Below, piece after piece: positions 22,145 to 34,573 of a stretch of DNA of 64,000 nt. The stretch's first letter is position 1. Each line of letters opens with the position of its first letter. A program made the translations under genes and the position numbers. The stretch is from Salpingoeca rosetta (lineage: Eukaryota > Protista > Choanoflagellata), in contig JAWQFM010000002.1 in the NCBI GenBank assembly GCA_033442325.1, positions 1,977,044 to 2,041,043 of the forward strand, given 5' to 3'. The notes beneath the pieces were generated by a model. It was not told the DNA's origin, ran no database searches, and worked only from the letters and a program-made list of their open reading frames with translations.

Positions 22145-23545
22145 ATGGCTGGAGATGAGGACAGCACGCCACACCACAGCCACCACCACCACCACCATCA
22201 CACCAACGACACTGCCCACCATCATCACCACGACCATGAACATGCTTCCGAGCACCACCACGCGCATCACCACGGGCGCGTGTGTTGTGGACATGTGCAC
22301 GTGTACAGCTTGATCCTTCGAGCGCTGCTTGTGCTGGCCATTGCCGTCTCCTGGGTTGGCTCAACCCAATTCTCCCGCTCAACGTACTCGTCCACCTTCA
22401 ACGCACCCTTGTTCAACGTGTGGTTCTCCACGAGCTGGCTCGTGCTCTCCATTGTCGCCCTCCTCGTGCCGTACTCCCGGCGGACCCCAGCCACCGCGAG
22501 CGACAATCCTCAACACACCAGCACCAGCACCAGCACCATCAGCACGGGCAGTGACACCGTCAAGGCTGGAGCTGTGAGCGTGCAGGTGCCCACCGTTGCT
22601 GTTAGTGCAACGCCCGTGGACGCAGCATCGCCCTTGCTACCATCAACACCATCGTCTCCATCAACGAAGCCGTCGCGTGTGCTGTCCCCGTATCCTTGGC
22701 TTCAAGACGCGATACGGCAGTTCCTGCAGTCGCAATCACGCCTCCCACCCGGGTTCATCCGCATCTGGCTTGGACACGCGCCAGCTGTGCAGCTGACCCC
22801 GGCATCCGGGTATGGAAGCGCTCCTCCGGTTTCAGAGCCGCACATCTCGCGGATGTGCTGTTTCCGCCTCGTTCTGCCCTTCTGCCTGTTGTGGGTGCTG
22901 GCCAACTACCTGTATGTGAAGGCGCTGGGTCTGATCACGGCGACGGATGTCACGGCCGTGTTCTCCGCCACGCCTGCCGTGGTGTACATTCTGTCGCTTC
23001 TGCTGCTCCACGAGCGGTTGGCCCTGCTCAAGGTGCTTGCGGTTGCGCTTGCCATCGGCGGTGTGTTGTTGATTGCGCTTGCACAGCACGTGAACGGCGT
23101 CAGCGCTGGCGGCGTGCTGCTCACGCTCGGCGCGTCCGTGTGCGCCGCCACATACAAGGTGTTCTTCAAGGTGACGCTGGGCGATGCCGGGTTGCACACG
23201 GTCGTGGCGCTGCTTGCGGCGCTCGCAGCCATCAACATTGTGTTGGTGTGGCCCTTTTGGCTCATATTGCAAGAAACGGATGCGGAACCCTTTGAGTGGG
23301 CTGTTGTGCCGTGGTCGTACCTGTGCGGCAGTGCTGCGCTTGCGTTGGCCTTCAACTTCCTGGTCAACTTTGGCGTTGCGTACACCTTCCCGCTGTTTGT
23401 GTCGCTGGGCACGGTTGTGGGCATTCCTCTCAACGCCGCTGCGGACGCTGTCTTCCACGGCATCACCATCGGGCCCATGCAGATTGCGGGCTGCTGCCTC
23501 GTCTGGCTCAGCTTCATCGTCATGCTCATCCCAACCAAGTCATGA
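22145..23545 (+). CDS. SLC35F3/F4-like DMT/EamA-superfamily transporter, single exon, His-rich N-terminus
   Basis: Uninterrupted ORF with about 10 hydrophobic segments. Motifs SWVGSTQF, FNAPLF..WFSTSW, LWVLANYLYVKAL, ATYKVFFK, FNFLVNFG..YTFPLFVSLG..GIP. Confidence 0.88.
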   Translation: MAGDEDSTPHHSHHHHHHHTNDTAHHHHHDHEHASEHHHAHHHGRVCCGHVHVYSLILRALLVLAIAVSWVGSTQFSRSTYSSTFNAPLFNVWFSTSWLVLSIVALLVPYSRRTPATASDNPQHTSTSTSTISTGSDTVKAGAVSVQVPTVAVSATPVDAASPLLPSTPSSPSTKPSRVLSPYPWLQDAIRQFLQSQSRLPPGFIRIWLGHAPAVQLTPASGYGSAPPVSEPHISRMCCFRLVLPFCLLWVLANYLYVKALGLITATDVTAVFSATPAVVYILSLLLLHERLALLKVLAVALAIGGVLLIALAQHVNGVSAGGVLLTLGASVCAATYKVFFKVTLGDAGLHTVVALLAALAAINIVLVWPFWLILQETDAEPFEWAVVPWSYLCGSAALALAFNFLVNFGVAYTFPLFVSLGTVVGIPLNAAADAVFHGITIGPMQIAGCCLVWLSFIVMLIPTKS

Positions 23546-23556
23546 GTTTGCGGCTG

Positions 23557-23627
23557 CTGTGCTGTGCTGTGCTGTGCTGTGCTGTGCTGTGCTGTGCTGT
23601 GCTGTGCTGTGCTGTGCTGTGTGTGTG

Positions 23628-23702
<75 letters not shown>
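23557..23702. repeat. (TGTGC)n + (TG)n compound microsatellite just 3' of the transporter stop codon
   Basis: Direct inspection. Confidence 0.9.
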
Positions 23703-23703
<1 letters not shown>

Positions 23704-24368
23704 AAAGTCGTCTCCGTCCCCCCCCCCCTCTTCTTTTCTCGTCTTCCACCTCTCCCTCCCTGGCTCTTGACCCCCCCCCCCTCTCTGATTCCCTCGCTAT
23801 GGCCTGTGCTGTGTTGTCTTGCCCGTGGGCACGCTGGTCGTGTACCGTCTCATGTCTTCTGGTCCCCACGCTGTCGTAGTCAGCGTTGTAGCTCGGAGTA
23901 CAAGGAAAACATGCTAGCTGGATAGCGAGCACGCAAAACGCACAGAAAGCATCAAGTGCCGTTTATTTGTTGGGCGCATGCACGACACACTGACAATGCG
24001 ATGGCTGGAACGGCAATGCCTCAACGCACAACAGTACAGGCAACACACTCACACACACTCACACACACTCACACACATACGTAAGGCGCGCATGTGACCT
24101 CTATCGCTCATATACATGGACGCATATAACAACACCACGCACACAACAAAGGTGTCGGGAAGAGAACAGATTTCGGTAACGAGCAAGCAAGCAAGCAAGA
24201 AGGAAGCAAGCAACACTGCAAGAAACACCACACACGCAATTCACACACACACGCACACAGGCAAATCACACACACGCACACATACACACACACGCACGCA
24301 ACACATGTATTTTCTCCATCAACTGCGATGCTGTTGTCCTTCACTTCATCAGCATCCCGTGTCGTCCA

Positions 24369-25323
24369 TTACTCCGCGCCCCCGCGCTCGTTTGCCTCTT
24401 CGCTCTCCGCAATCTTGGCAAGCTCCCGCTGCAGCGCCCCCACCACCTTGCGCGGCACGGGCCGTTCGCCCGGCTCGCTGCTCATCATGTCGTTGATCAG
24501 CCCTTGCACCGCCTCGCACTGCGCCGCCGCCGTCGCCGTCTCCGCGGGGTCGGGCCGCGTGCCGGGTTGGATGGACCTGCCGGCCTCATAGGGGCTGCCG
24601 GGGTAGAAGTACGCAGACCGCTGGTGCGCAATCTCAAACAGCAGCACGCCCAGCGCATACACATCCACCATCGACGTCCACGGGCGGTCCCGCTGCGACT
24701 CGGGCGACTGGTACCCCTGCCACCAATACGCACGCGCGTCACGAAGATTGGGTGGGAGAAGGGGTGTGGGGCGGGTTGGCGCTGGTGAGAGAAGATGATC
24801 AACAACACATGCACAAACGAGGCAGAGCACATGTAGTCTTCACCAAACATGTCTTGTTATCACCACAACACGCAAACAAACAAACAAACAAACAAACAAA
24901 CAAACAAACAAACAAACAAACAAACGAGCGCGTCGTACCGGCTGTCCTTGTCTGCCTTTGAATTCGTTTGACTTTGAGAAGGAGCGGGCAGAGGGGAGGA
25001 GGCGAATCTTCAGGCTGAGGTCGCGCGTGCAGATGATGTTGTTTGCCGCAATGTCCGTGTGTACAATCGAGTGGCTGTGCAAGTACTCCACAGCAGAGGC
25101 AACCTCAAGCATGGCCTGTTGACCGTGAGCGCAGTTGTGGCAACAAGTGGTTGATGTGGTCATGGGTGGTGAGGGCTTGTATGTTGTAAGCATGCACGCA
25201 ACAGCGACAGCAGCAAGACACAACGAACAAACGTAGAAGTGCAATGACACACATACACACCCACACGTCACACACTTCATACACACCCACACATGTCACA
25301 CACCTTCATGCACAGACACACAC

Positions 25324-25366
<43 letters not shown>

Positions 25367-27228
25367 CAGACACACACACACACACACACACACACCGTGA
25401 GGGATTGCTTGAGGGTGCGTGGCCGGGTGTCTGTGAGGAAGACGGATGTCATTGGCGTTTCAAAGAGGTCAAGGAGGACAGCGGGTGTGGTCTTCACCCC
25501 CATCGACGCCAGCCGCGTCAGCGTGTCTGCCGGCACATTCTCCAGCTTGGCGGGGATGGGCAGCGCGGTGAAGCCGTGGAAGGCCACAATATTGCGGTGC
25601 CCGCCGCCAAGCTTCTTCAGGCACTGCACGTACTGGTAAAACTCAAAGGCGTCGCTGGCATGGAAGAGCTTGTCCAGCTGCGGGTGGTGCACGGAGACGG
25701 GCAGGTTCTGCTGCAGGATGAGGCCCTTGATCACCACCTCCCCGCGCGACAGCTCCGGCAGCGGGTGCTGCAGCTTCACCCGCGTGTCCGGCACCACGCG
25801 GATCACGTCGCTGAACTTCTCCAGCCACTGGTTGCGCACGGCCTGGCTGCCGGCGCGCATCTGCAGCGTGCGCTTTGGCGTTCGCAGAGAAAACCCGTAG
25901 TGCGGGGCGCCAGACTCCACGCGCACGCCAATCACGGCGTCAATGTCCAGGTAGCCGAGGATCTGGCTGTTGGGCGCCTCTTCCCGCGAGTAGGAGAGCT
26001 GCTTGCTGTCCAGCACAAACCAGCGCCGCTGCCACTTGTGCGGCCACCGCGACCCGCGCTTGATGAGCCAGCCAACCTGCGGCGCCCCGTTCCCGCGCAC
26101 GGCCCCGGCACCCGTCTTGGCCACGCTGGCCTGCTTCTCCATCAGCCGCAGGCCAATGTGGTCAAACATGTCCTCCACGCCCTTCCCCTCCATGGCACTC
26201 GTCTCAAAGTACATGAGCTTGTGGCGCTTGGCAAACTCGCGGATGGTGTCGTCGGTTACCTGGCGGTCGCCGTCCGACTTGCAGCCAACGAGCACGGGAA
26301 GCACGTCCTCTCGCGCCTTCTTCTTCACCTCGCCCACCCACGTCTCCAGGCTCTCGAAGCTCTCCGGGTTGGTGAGGTCGAAGGTGAGCAGGATCACATC
26401 GCCGGCGCGCAGGAAGCCGGCGGTGATGGTGAAGAAGCGGTCGGAGCCTGTTGCATCTGACACGTGCCACTTGATGACTTTGCCGTCCACCAAAGTGCTC
26501 CTACACAACGAAGAACAGCAGGCAGATCACACCAACGACGTGTGCATTGTGCGGTGTGTTGTGTGCAATAATTACATCAGCGTGTAAGCATGTACGTGTG
26601 TGTGAGAGCACAAGTGCAAAAGGGAGACGCAAGAGCCATGTGCGAAGACAAGCAGGACGCTGAAAGATGCAGAAAACGCACAAACAACAAACACGCATTT
26701 GGAAAACCAAGACTTGCACACACGTGTTAACGAGCAAGCGCATGTTAACACCACATATGCACACGCACGTACACGCACACACAGACACAGCCACACACTC
26801 ACACACAACACACACACACACACATACCTGATTTTGAACTGGGCGCCAACAGAGGAGGAGCCAGTGTCATGGGTGGAGAATATCTTGTCCACAAACCTGC
26901 GAGCAACAGTGAAGTGAGCGAAATGAAAGAAAGACAAGTGGAGTGTGCGAGAGAAGGCAACGCTCACGCACGCACACAACATGCACACAACACACACACA
27001 CACACACATAACACACACAACGCGTCACCACAACCACCCTTGTGGACGACGACATCTTGTCTGCAAGTACGACACCAACAACAGCGACTCAAACAGAAAA
27101 AAAAAACAACAACACTCAGAACAACAACAAGGACAATGTGTGACTGACCTGAGGATCAGTGCTGTTTTGCCAACCTTCGGGTCCCCCAACAAGAGCACCT
27201 TGAAGGTGTGATCAACGTCGACAGGCAT
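24369..27228 (-). CDS. Rab-like GTPase - PH domain - protein-kinase-like (pseudokinase) fusion; exons 27228-27149, 26896-26828, 26500-25396, 25115-24939, 24716-24369
   Basis: GT-AG exons join in frame. Rab: FKVLLLGDPKVGKT, RFFTIT, VGCKSD, ETSA. PH: GWLIKRG..KWQRRWFVL..RNQWL. Kinase: VVIK, HRNIVAFHG, YLHSHSIVHTDIAANN, YQSPE, DVYALGVLLFEI. Confidence 0.85.
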
Positions 27229-27395
27229 GGCTGGCCCTTCAGCTGTCACGAAAGACGGTCCGGACAGGCACAACACAAAACGAGGAAGAAGCAACAAGGA
27301 AAGCCACAGAAGGGGCAGGAGTGGTGGTCGCGGTGTCCTTTGCACAACAACAACAACTTGGCGTCAGTCGCTTTGCTTGTTGGCTTGTGCACAAA

Positions 27396-27450
27396 ATGCA
27401 GCGCCTGAATTCAGTCGCACCCAATATGAGGTGGCAAATGCAAACAACTG

Positions 27451-27546
<96 letters not shown>

Positions 27547-27655
27547 CGTGCGTGTGTGTGTGTGTGTGTGTGCGTGTGTGTGTCGGCAAAACACACCATA
27601 CCCTGTGCTCCTGCTTCTCTTTGCCTTCATTCACTGACACACACGTGCATGCACA

Positions 27656-27686
<31 letters not shown>

Positions 27687-28234
27687 GCGTCGTAGTGACA
27701 CGGAAGCACGATCAAGGACGGCGTCGTCCGACTCGAGCCGGCGCCGCCCACGGACGGCAAGCAGTGGCGATGACAGCGACACGGGAACAAGCACAACATC
27801 CCGCGCATGTCCGTGACCGCATTTTCATCGCAGTTCGTGTGCGCAAAGGCGTCTGGCTTGTGGTGTTCTCATTAAGCCTGCAGCCAATACCCAACTCACC
27901 TCATTTGCTGCTTCCGCATTGGCTTGTGCATGTACATTTGGCGCAACAGCTCGTTTCCAATGGTTCAGGAGGTCATTAAGCCAGAGGAGCAACTCCTCCG
28001 GCGATCTCAGCGTGACGCAGCAACAAGCCACCGTCAAAGACAAGATCAAAGGCTTCAGGTTTTCTCCTCATGTCCTGCCGCTCCATGTCCCTCTGTTTCA
28101 TTACCTGCGGCAGTTTCGCGTCGTCACATCACACCACTCACCTTGTCTTTGGACTGTCTTTGAACTCTTGCTGCAGATCAAGCTTGGAAGCGATGATGGA
28201 CAAGCTCATGAGGTTTGACACCACACGTGCATAG

Positions 28235-28294
<60 letters not shown>

Positions 28295-28480
28295 TGGTGT
28301 GTGTGTGAAACCAAAGCCTGATGTTCTCGTGTCCAGTTGCAGCGAATGGCATCCGCAATGATTGCCTGTTGCTAACGGTCATTTGCTGTCGCCTTGCTTC
28401 GTCTTTCAACACAGGGACTCCTCACACGGCATTGACTTTCTGGCAAACCTCAAGAAGCCAGCAGCACAGGTAGGTGTTCA

Positions 28481-28552
<72 letters not shown>

Positions 28553-29137
28553 GTGTTCATATAAGAGTGAGAGATGCAAGATGCCAGGCCATTTTTCCTC
28601 ACTCCTTTGCATGTACGTGTGAACTGTTGGTACTTACGCCCTCGACACTCCACGCACTGCCTGTTGCGTTAATGTCACATGAACAGGACGTGGCTGATCA
28701 GCTCAAGCGGTTCATCACCAAGTTTGAAGCAGAGGGCGACACCATGACACCGAAGCAGCAGATCCAGTCTGTCCAGAACTTTTACCAGGTGCTGCCTGCA
28801 TACGTGTGACGTGTGTGTGTGACATGTCTGTGACGTGTGTGTGTGCTTGTGTGAGTGTGTCAATGTGTACGTGTACGTGTGTGTGAATATGCAGCGTTGC
28901 GTATGTGCATGAGAATCTGAAGCAGCGCGAATGAGCATGAGAAAGTGTAGCATTGCTTTTGGTGTTGATGCACGTCATTGACCCGTTACATGGCGCATCC
29001 ACGTGGCCCATCGCAGGTGTTGGACGAGCGGCTGACGACCTCATCGCTGTTTGCGCACATGAGCGATGAGCAACTTGATGTGATACAGGCCGGAGCAGAG
29101 CGCCACGTCATGCACCACATCTACGACATGTACGCTG

Positions 29138-29216
<79 letters not shown>

Positions 29217-30657
29217 GTGTGTGTGCGTGTGTGACGTTGCAAACCCCTTGGTGATGCTTGACATTGTCAATCATGCAATGTCTGATGCCATTCTTGACAG
29301 CCCGCTACTGCCGAATTTGCACGCCCACCGTTGCATTCACCCCTCCACACACACACTCTCTCTATCCCTTCTCCCCCTTCCCCAAACCGGCCCGCTGCAC
29401 CAGGGTGTTCAGTCGCGAGCCGGACTACGCTGCCCAGGACATGGCCCTGCAGACGAGAATACGCGAGCTGCGATGGATTCGGCCCCACCACCTCGACGCA
29501 TGCATTGACCTCACAAACCCAGTATGTCGCAGTCATTTGCCCAAGTGCATGTGTTGTGTGCGCGTGCGTGTGTTGTGTGCGTGTGCGTGTGTTGTGTGCG
29601 TGTTGTGTGCGTGTTGTGTGTCGTGTGTGTGTGTGTGTGTCGTGTATGTGTGTGTGTGTGTGTGGAGTGTGTGTGTGTTTGTCACCCCTCCATCTCCTCC
29701 GTGACTGACGTCTGCTCTTTCGTTCTCCCTCGCCTGCACCGTCGACTGCCGCCGCCAGGACGTGGTGGCTGAGCTGGAGAGTGCGCAGGAGGACTTGATC
29801 ACGGTGGATGCAAAGCGCGCCCCGCACGACAAGCTCGAGTGCATCGTCACCTGCGCCAAGAACGTCTTCACCATCCTCCAGAAATCAGCTTCCTCACAGC
29901 AGGTACTGCATGCTCTGTGTGAGTGTGTGTGAGTGTGTGAGTGTGTGAGTGAATGTGTGTGTGTGTGCGTATCTGTGTGCATGCGTGCTTGAGTGTGCTG
30001 GGGATCTTTTCATCCACCTCGACAAACGCTTTTGTGGTCTTGTGCAAGGTTTCGCTTTCTCATTCTCATCACAACACAACCTCGTACATGTGTGCATGTG
30101 TGCGGCAGGCTGCCAGTGCTGATGACTTTGTACCAGCACTCATCTACACACTGATCCAGGCCAATCCACCCAAGCTCTACTCAAACATCAAGGTGAATCT
30201 TTTGAAATGAATCGCCCCGCCGTGGTTCCTAACGTTCTCTGGCATACATACAGAGATTTCCCTTCCTTTTCACAGAAACACAACACAACACACACACACA
30301 CAACACACACACACACACACACACTACACAACACAACACAACACAACACAACACACACACACTACACAACACAACACAACACAACACAACACAACACACA
30401 CACACACACACTCACACTGTCGCATGTGTGGCCTGCAGTTTATCCAGAACTTTGGCAACCCGCGGCGGCACGAGGCCGGAGAGGCCGGGTACTACTTTAC
30501 GAACCTCTTCAGCGCGGCAGAGTTTGTGCGCCGGCTCAGCGCGTCGCACCTCAAGATGACGCAGGAGCAGTTTGAGAGCCTCATGGACGGCGACGCAAGC
30601 TGTACGTGCGCGGAGGGGTTGTAGCGTGTGTGCATGCATGTGCGTATATGCTTGCAT

Positions 30658-30700
<43 letters not shown>

Positions 30701-31195
30701 GCGGGCTGCCGGTGTGTGTGCGCGCATGCGTTGTGCCGTATGAGTGCTGGTGAGTGCTATCTGATGGGGTGATATCCCACCAACGTGCACCCCTTGCGAC
30801 TCCTTTTTGCTTCTGCGTCCTTTCGCTGTTATTTTGGTCCAACAGCGGTGACGGAGGGTCTGGAGTCGATCAAACTCATGCGCGACAGCGTCGATCGCCT
30901 GCGCCGCCTCGAGAACAAGCAGCGGGTTCGTCCCGTGAGCAATGACTCGGACACGTCCACGTTCACATGCATGTGCTGTTGACGTGAACATGTACGTTTG
31001 GTCGGCTGCGTCTTTGCGTGCTCACGTGGCTGTTGTTGCGTGCACACATTGGCAGGTATTGCAGCGAGATGTGGACTTGCTACTGGACACACTTTCTGAA
31101 CTATGTGCTTCAGCTGTGAAGGTAGCACGGCAACACTGCTCATGATGGCAACATCAGCCACAGTGCGCTTCGAGCACCTTGTTGTGACGACATCA

Positions 31196-31280
<85 letters not shown>

Positions 31281-32117
31281 ACTCACACCTTCCCCTCGCC
31301 CTCACGTTGATGTGTGCAGCCGATTGGCGGGGCGCCAGATGCAGAGGTGACGGAGTACACGCGCATGCTCCTGACGCGCGACTCGAGCGAGGGGAAGAGG
31401 GCCCGCCGTGCAGTGTCGTCGCCGGCGTCACCGTTTGCTCGCCGAAAGTGGTCGGAGAACACAGATGCAGACGCCCGCAGCCTTGGCGATGGTGGCGATG
31501 GTGGTGGTCGCGCTGGTAGTGTGGTGGAAGAGAGCAGCGAGGAGGAAGAGGAGGAAGAAGAGGAGCAGGGGGAGGAAGGAGAACAAGAAGGAGAAAGTGA
31601 AGGTGAAGGAAAACAAGAAGAAGAAGAAGAAGAGGTGCAGGGCCGAGGAGATGATGTGGCTGTGGGAGAAGCGGAGACAGCAGAGGAAGAGGAACAGGGA
31701 GAACATGACAGCTGTGTTGATGCACAGGCAACAAGCGACAACGATGATGAGCAAGTTGATGACGTGGAGCGTGTGCAGGCACAGATCAGTGGTAGTGTCT
31801 CAAGTGTGAACAAGCAACGCAACGAGGAGAAGGAGGAGGAAGAACAACAACAAGAAGAAGGAGAAGGAAAGGGAGAAGAACCGGAGGAGGAAGGAGAGGC
31901 AGAGGAACGGCAGAAGCAAGCTGTCGGCAGGAATGACGGCACCGCTGCTGCTGTCGGTGCTGCCAACGCTGCACCTGAGGAGCACCGTCCCAGCAAGACG
32001 TCTGGCAGTTGCGAAGATGACAACGACCTCACCAGTGACCGCGATGGTGACAGCCGCCCTGCTGCCAGTGATGGCAGCAGCAATGACGATGACGACGAGC
32101 ATCATGACCAAGCGTGA
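27396..32117 (+). CDS. Rabex-5/RABGEF1-like VPS9-domain Rab5-family GEF with acidic C-terminal tail, multi-exon
   Basis: Helical bundle (QSVQNFYQ, DMALQTRIRELRWI) and VPS9 core (KRAPHDKLECIV, SADDFVPALIYTLIQANPPKLYSNI, GEAGYYFTNL). Phase-consistent exons run from the ATG at 27396. Confidence 0.9.
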
Positions 32118-32731
32118 AGCGCTGTGGTGGGGTGCGTGTGCGGCGTGAAGCACTGTGTCTGTCACGAATACGCCTCATTCCACACCGCTCTCTGGCCCCC
32201 TCACTGTTTGTAGGCTCGATATTGTTCTTACTGATGAATGCTTTGTCAAGTCCAATCGCCACGCACGCGTCTATTGTTTTCAGTTACTCCCACGCCAACG
32301 CACGCAGTCCTTGCCATCATGCATCAAGGGCACTGGTGGCCCATTCAACAAAGTGCGTCATGTTAGTCGTTGGTTTTGGCTGTCAGGCAATTAAACACAC
32401 TCATGTGCTGCTCAGATAGAGAGGTGCAGTGAGTGAGAAGAAGAGGGAAGGTGGAAGGCGCAAAACAAGACATCGATAGCAGGCAACACACACACACACA
32501 CACCATGTGACGCTGTGCATGCAGTTACATATGCTTGCGCGCACATACATAGGATGATCGTGTCGACTGTCTCGCACACATAAGGTGTTGTCTGTCGACT
32601 CACAAACACACACACACACACAAAGATGCACAAAGACAGTCACACATACACAAAGATACACAAATATACACAAAGATCCACACACAGACGCACGCACACA
32701 CGCACACACACACATACACACATACACAGAA

Positions 32732-34073
32732 TCAGTTGTCGGGCACCTTTGCTGGCGGTTTGCATTCACGCTTGTGTGCGGCCTTCCAGTGCTGGCGCTG
32801 GCATTCGCTTGAGCAGTACGCGACCTGTCGACACCGCCCGCACAGCAGCGGGCCCGTCAGGAAGCAGTTACACGCTGCGCACTGCGGGCCGCGGCACTTG
32901 CGCCGTGCTTCGTTGAACCGCTGCTTCCACGCCTCCAGCACAAACGGGTTGGCCCCCGCTGCCTTGGCGGCCGTGTGCGCGTGCTTGTACAGCGTGGCCA
33001 TGGTTGGCCAGTTGGACGGGTAGATGCGCTCCCCCAGCTCCGCGCACCGGCCCCACGCCAACATGGACCCCTTCATGTCCTTCGCCTTTGCCTTGTCGTT
33101 GGCCGCCTGCAACGTGGCCCGAAACTCCTCCACCACGCGCGTCTCCAGCGCCAAGCTGCCCTCTTCTTCTCCATCGCCTGCCGTCGCCGTCGCCGTCGCG
33201 TCGTCGGCCTTTGTCTTCTTCTCCGCCGATGGGGACGACGATGGCAGGTGCAGGGGCAGGGCGCGTTCGCATCGTGGGCATTGGCAGGTGAAGTAGTACA
33301 GCTCCTGCAAGGCCTCCCGCCGCTCCGGGGTCGTGTCCATGAGCTCAATGTAGGAGATGCACACTTCCTCGCCCTCGGCAATGTCCGAGACGGCGCGAAG
33401 CACGATGGAGGGCGAGTTCAGCCGCGCGCGGGTGCTGTTGGGGTCAATGTACTGGCACGCGTTTGGTCTGCAGGAATGATTGCAGAACGCCATGCGCAGA
33501 TAGAACCCGTAGGTCGTCATGCCCGGGAACCGCTCAGATGACAGCGCAAAGGAGTTGAGGTGGATCACGGCCAGCAGCTGCCTGAGGTCGTCCAGTGACA
33601 GGGGCTCCACCCCGTCGGCGTTCTCGGTTGGCTGTGGCTGTGATGGCGCGTCTGAAGCGGGGTGTGCTGTGGCCTCGGGGTGCAGGAACTGGAACAAGCG
33701 CTGGGCATCCTCGTCCAGGATATCCTTGCGGTCTTGGAAGATGGGATGGTCTGGATCGTGCCCTGGCATGTACGCATTGAGGAGCCCAAACCCAACGCTG
33801 TCTGCATCCGGCCTCGACAACAAGGACTTGGCCAGCACAAAGTTGGGCTCACCCGCGTTCCTGGATGAAGGAAGCATGGAAGCAACGTGAGAACACATCA
33901 GCGTGCACAAACGCACGCACACACCAGCGTGCACGTACAGTCTGACGCACATGCACACACATAACAACATGTACAGCCGTACTCCCCCCCACACGCACAC
34001 TACACACACACACTACACACACACACACTACACACACACACACACTACACACACACACGCACACTACACACAC

Positions 34074-34115
<42 letters not shown>

Positions 34116-34282
34116 TTGAATTTCTTGTTGGCTGGAGCGGAGAAGCAGACCGCTGGCTTTTCACTCAGGATGGGTGTGCCTGCTTTGATGGGCATGGTGG
34201 CCACCAACCCCTTTCGTTTCCCCGCAATCTCCCGCACCTCCACATTCTTCAGCTCGGCAATCGCCGCAACCACGTCTTCCAT
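32732..34282 (-). CDS. SET-domain lysine methyltransferase with C-terminal MYND zinc finger (SMYD-related), 2 exons
   Basis: GKRKGLVAT; NSF; FCNHSCRPN; EEVCISY; FTCQCPRC post-SET; CAAC..CGRC..YCSSECQRQHW..HKREC. Confidence 0.88.
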
Positions 34283-34573
34283 CTCGATTGTGTTCGACGA
34301 GCAACAAGCCAGCAAACAAGTAAGGCAAGAAGCGAGGCTCGCGCAGCGTGTTCTGAGGATTTGCGAATGATACCACTGAAATTTCTAGCCAAACGATTGG
34401 AAGGACCAGCCAGCTTGCTGGCGAAAGGAAGGAAGACGAGCAGTCACTTACGCTGACATCATCATCACCTTCATCATCATCTTCATCGTCATTGTCGTCG
34501 TCGTTGTCCTTGTCAAGCTCTGAGCTGCGCCAAGGCCCCTTCCCAAGCACTATCCAAGCCTTCAAAGAGAATC

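Noticed and set aside
25405-26460. 351-aa antisense ORF over the Rab-PH-kinase exon (similar antisense ORFs overlie other GC-rich exons)
   Set aside because: Expected shadow ORFs from high GC3 codon usage; no recognisable motifs.
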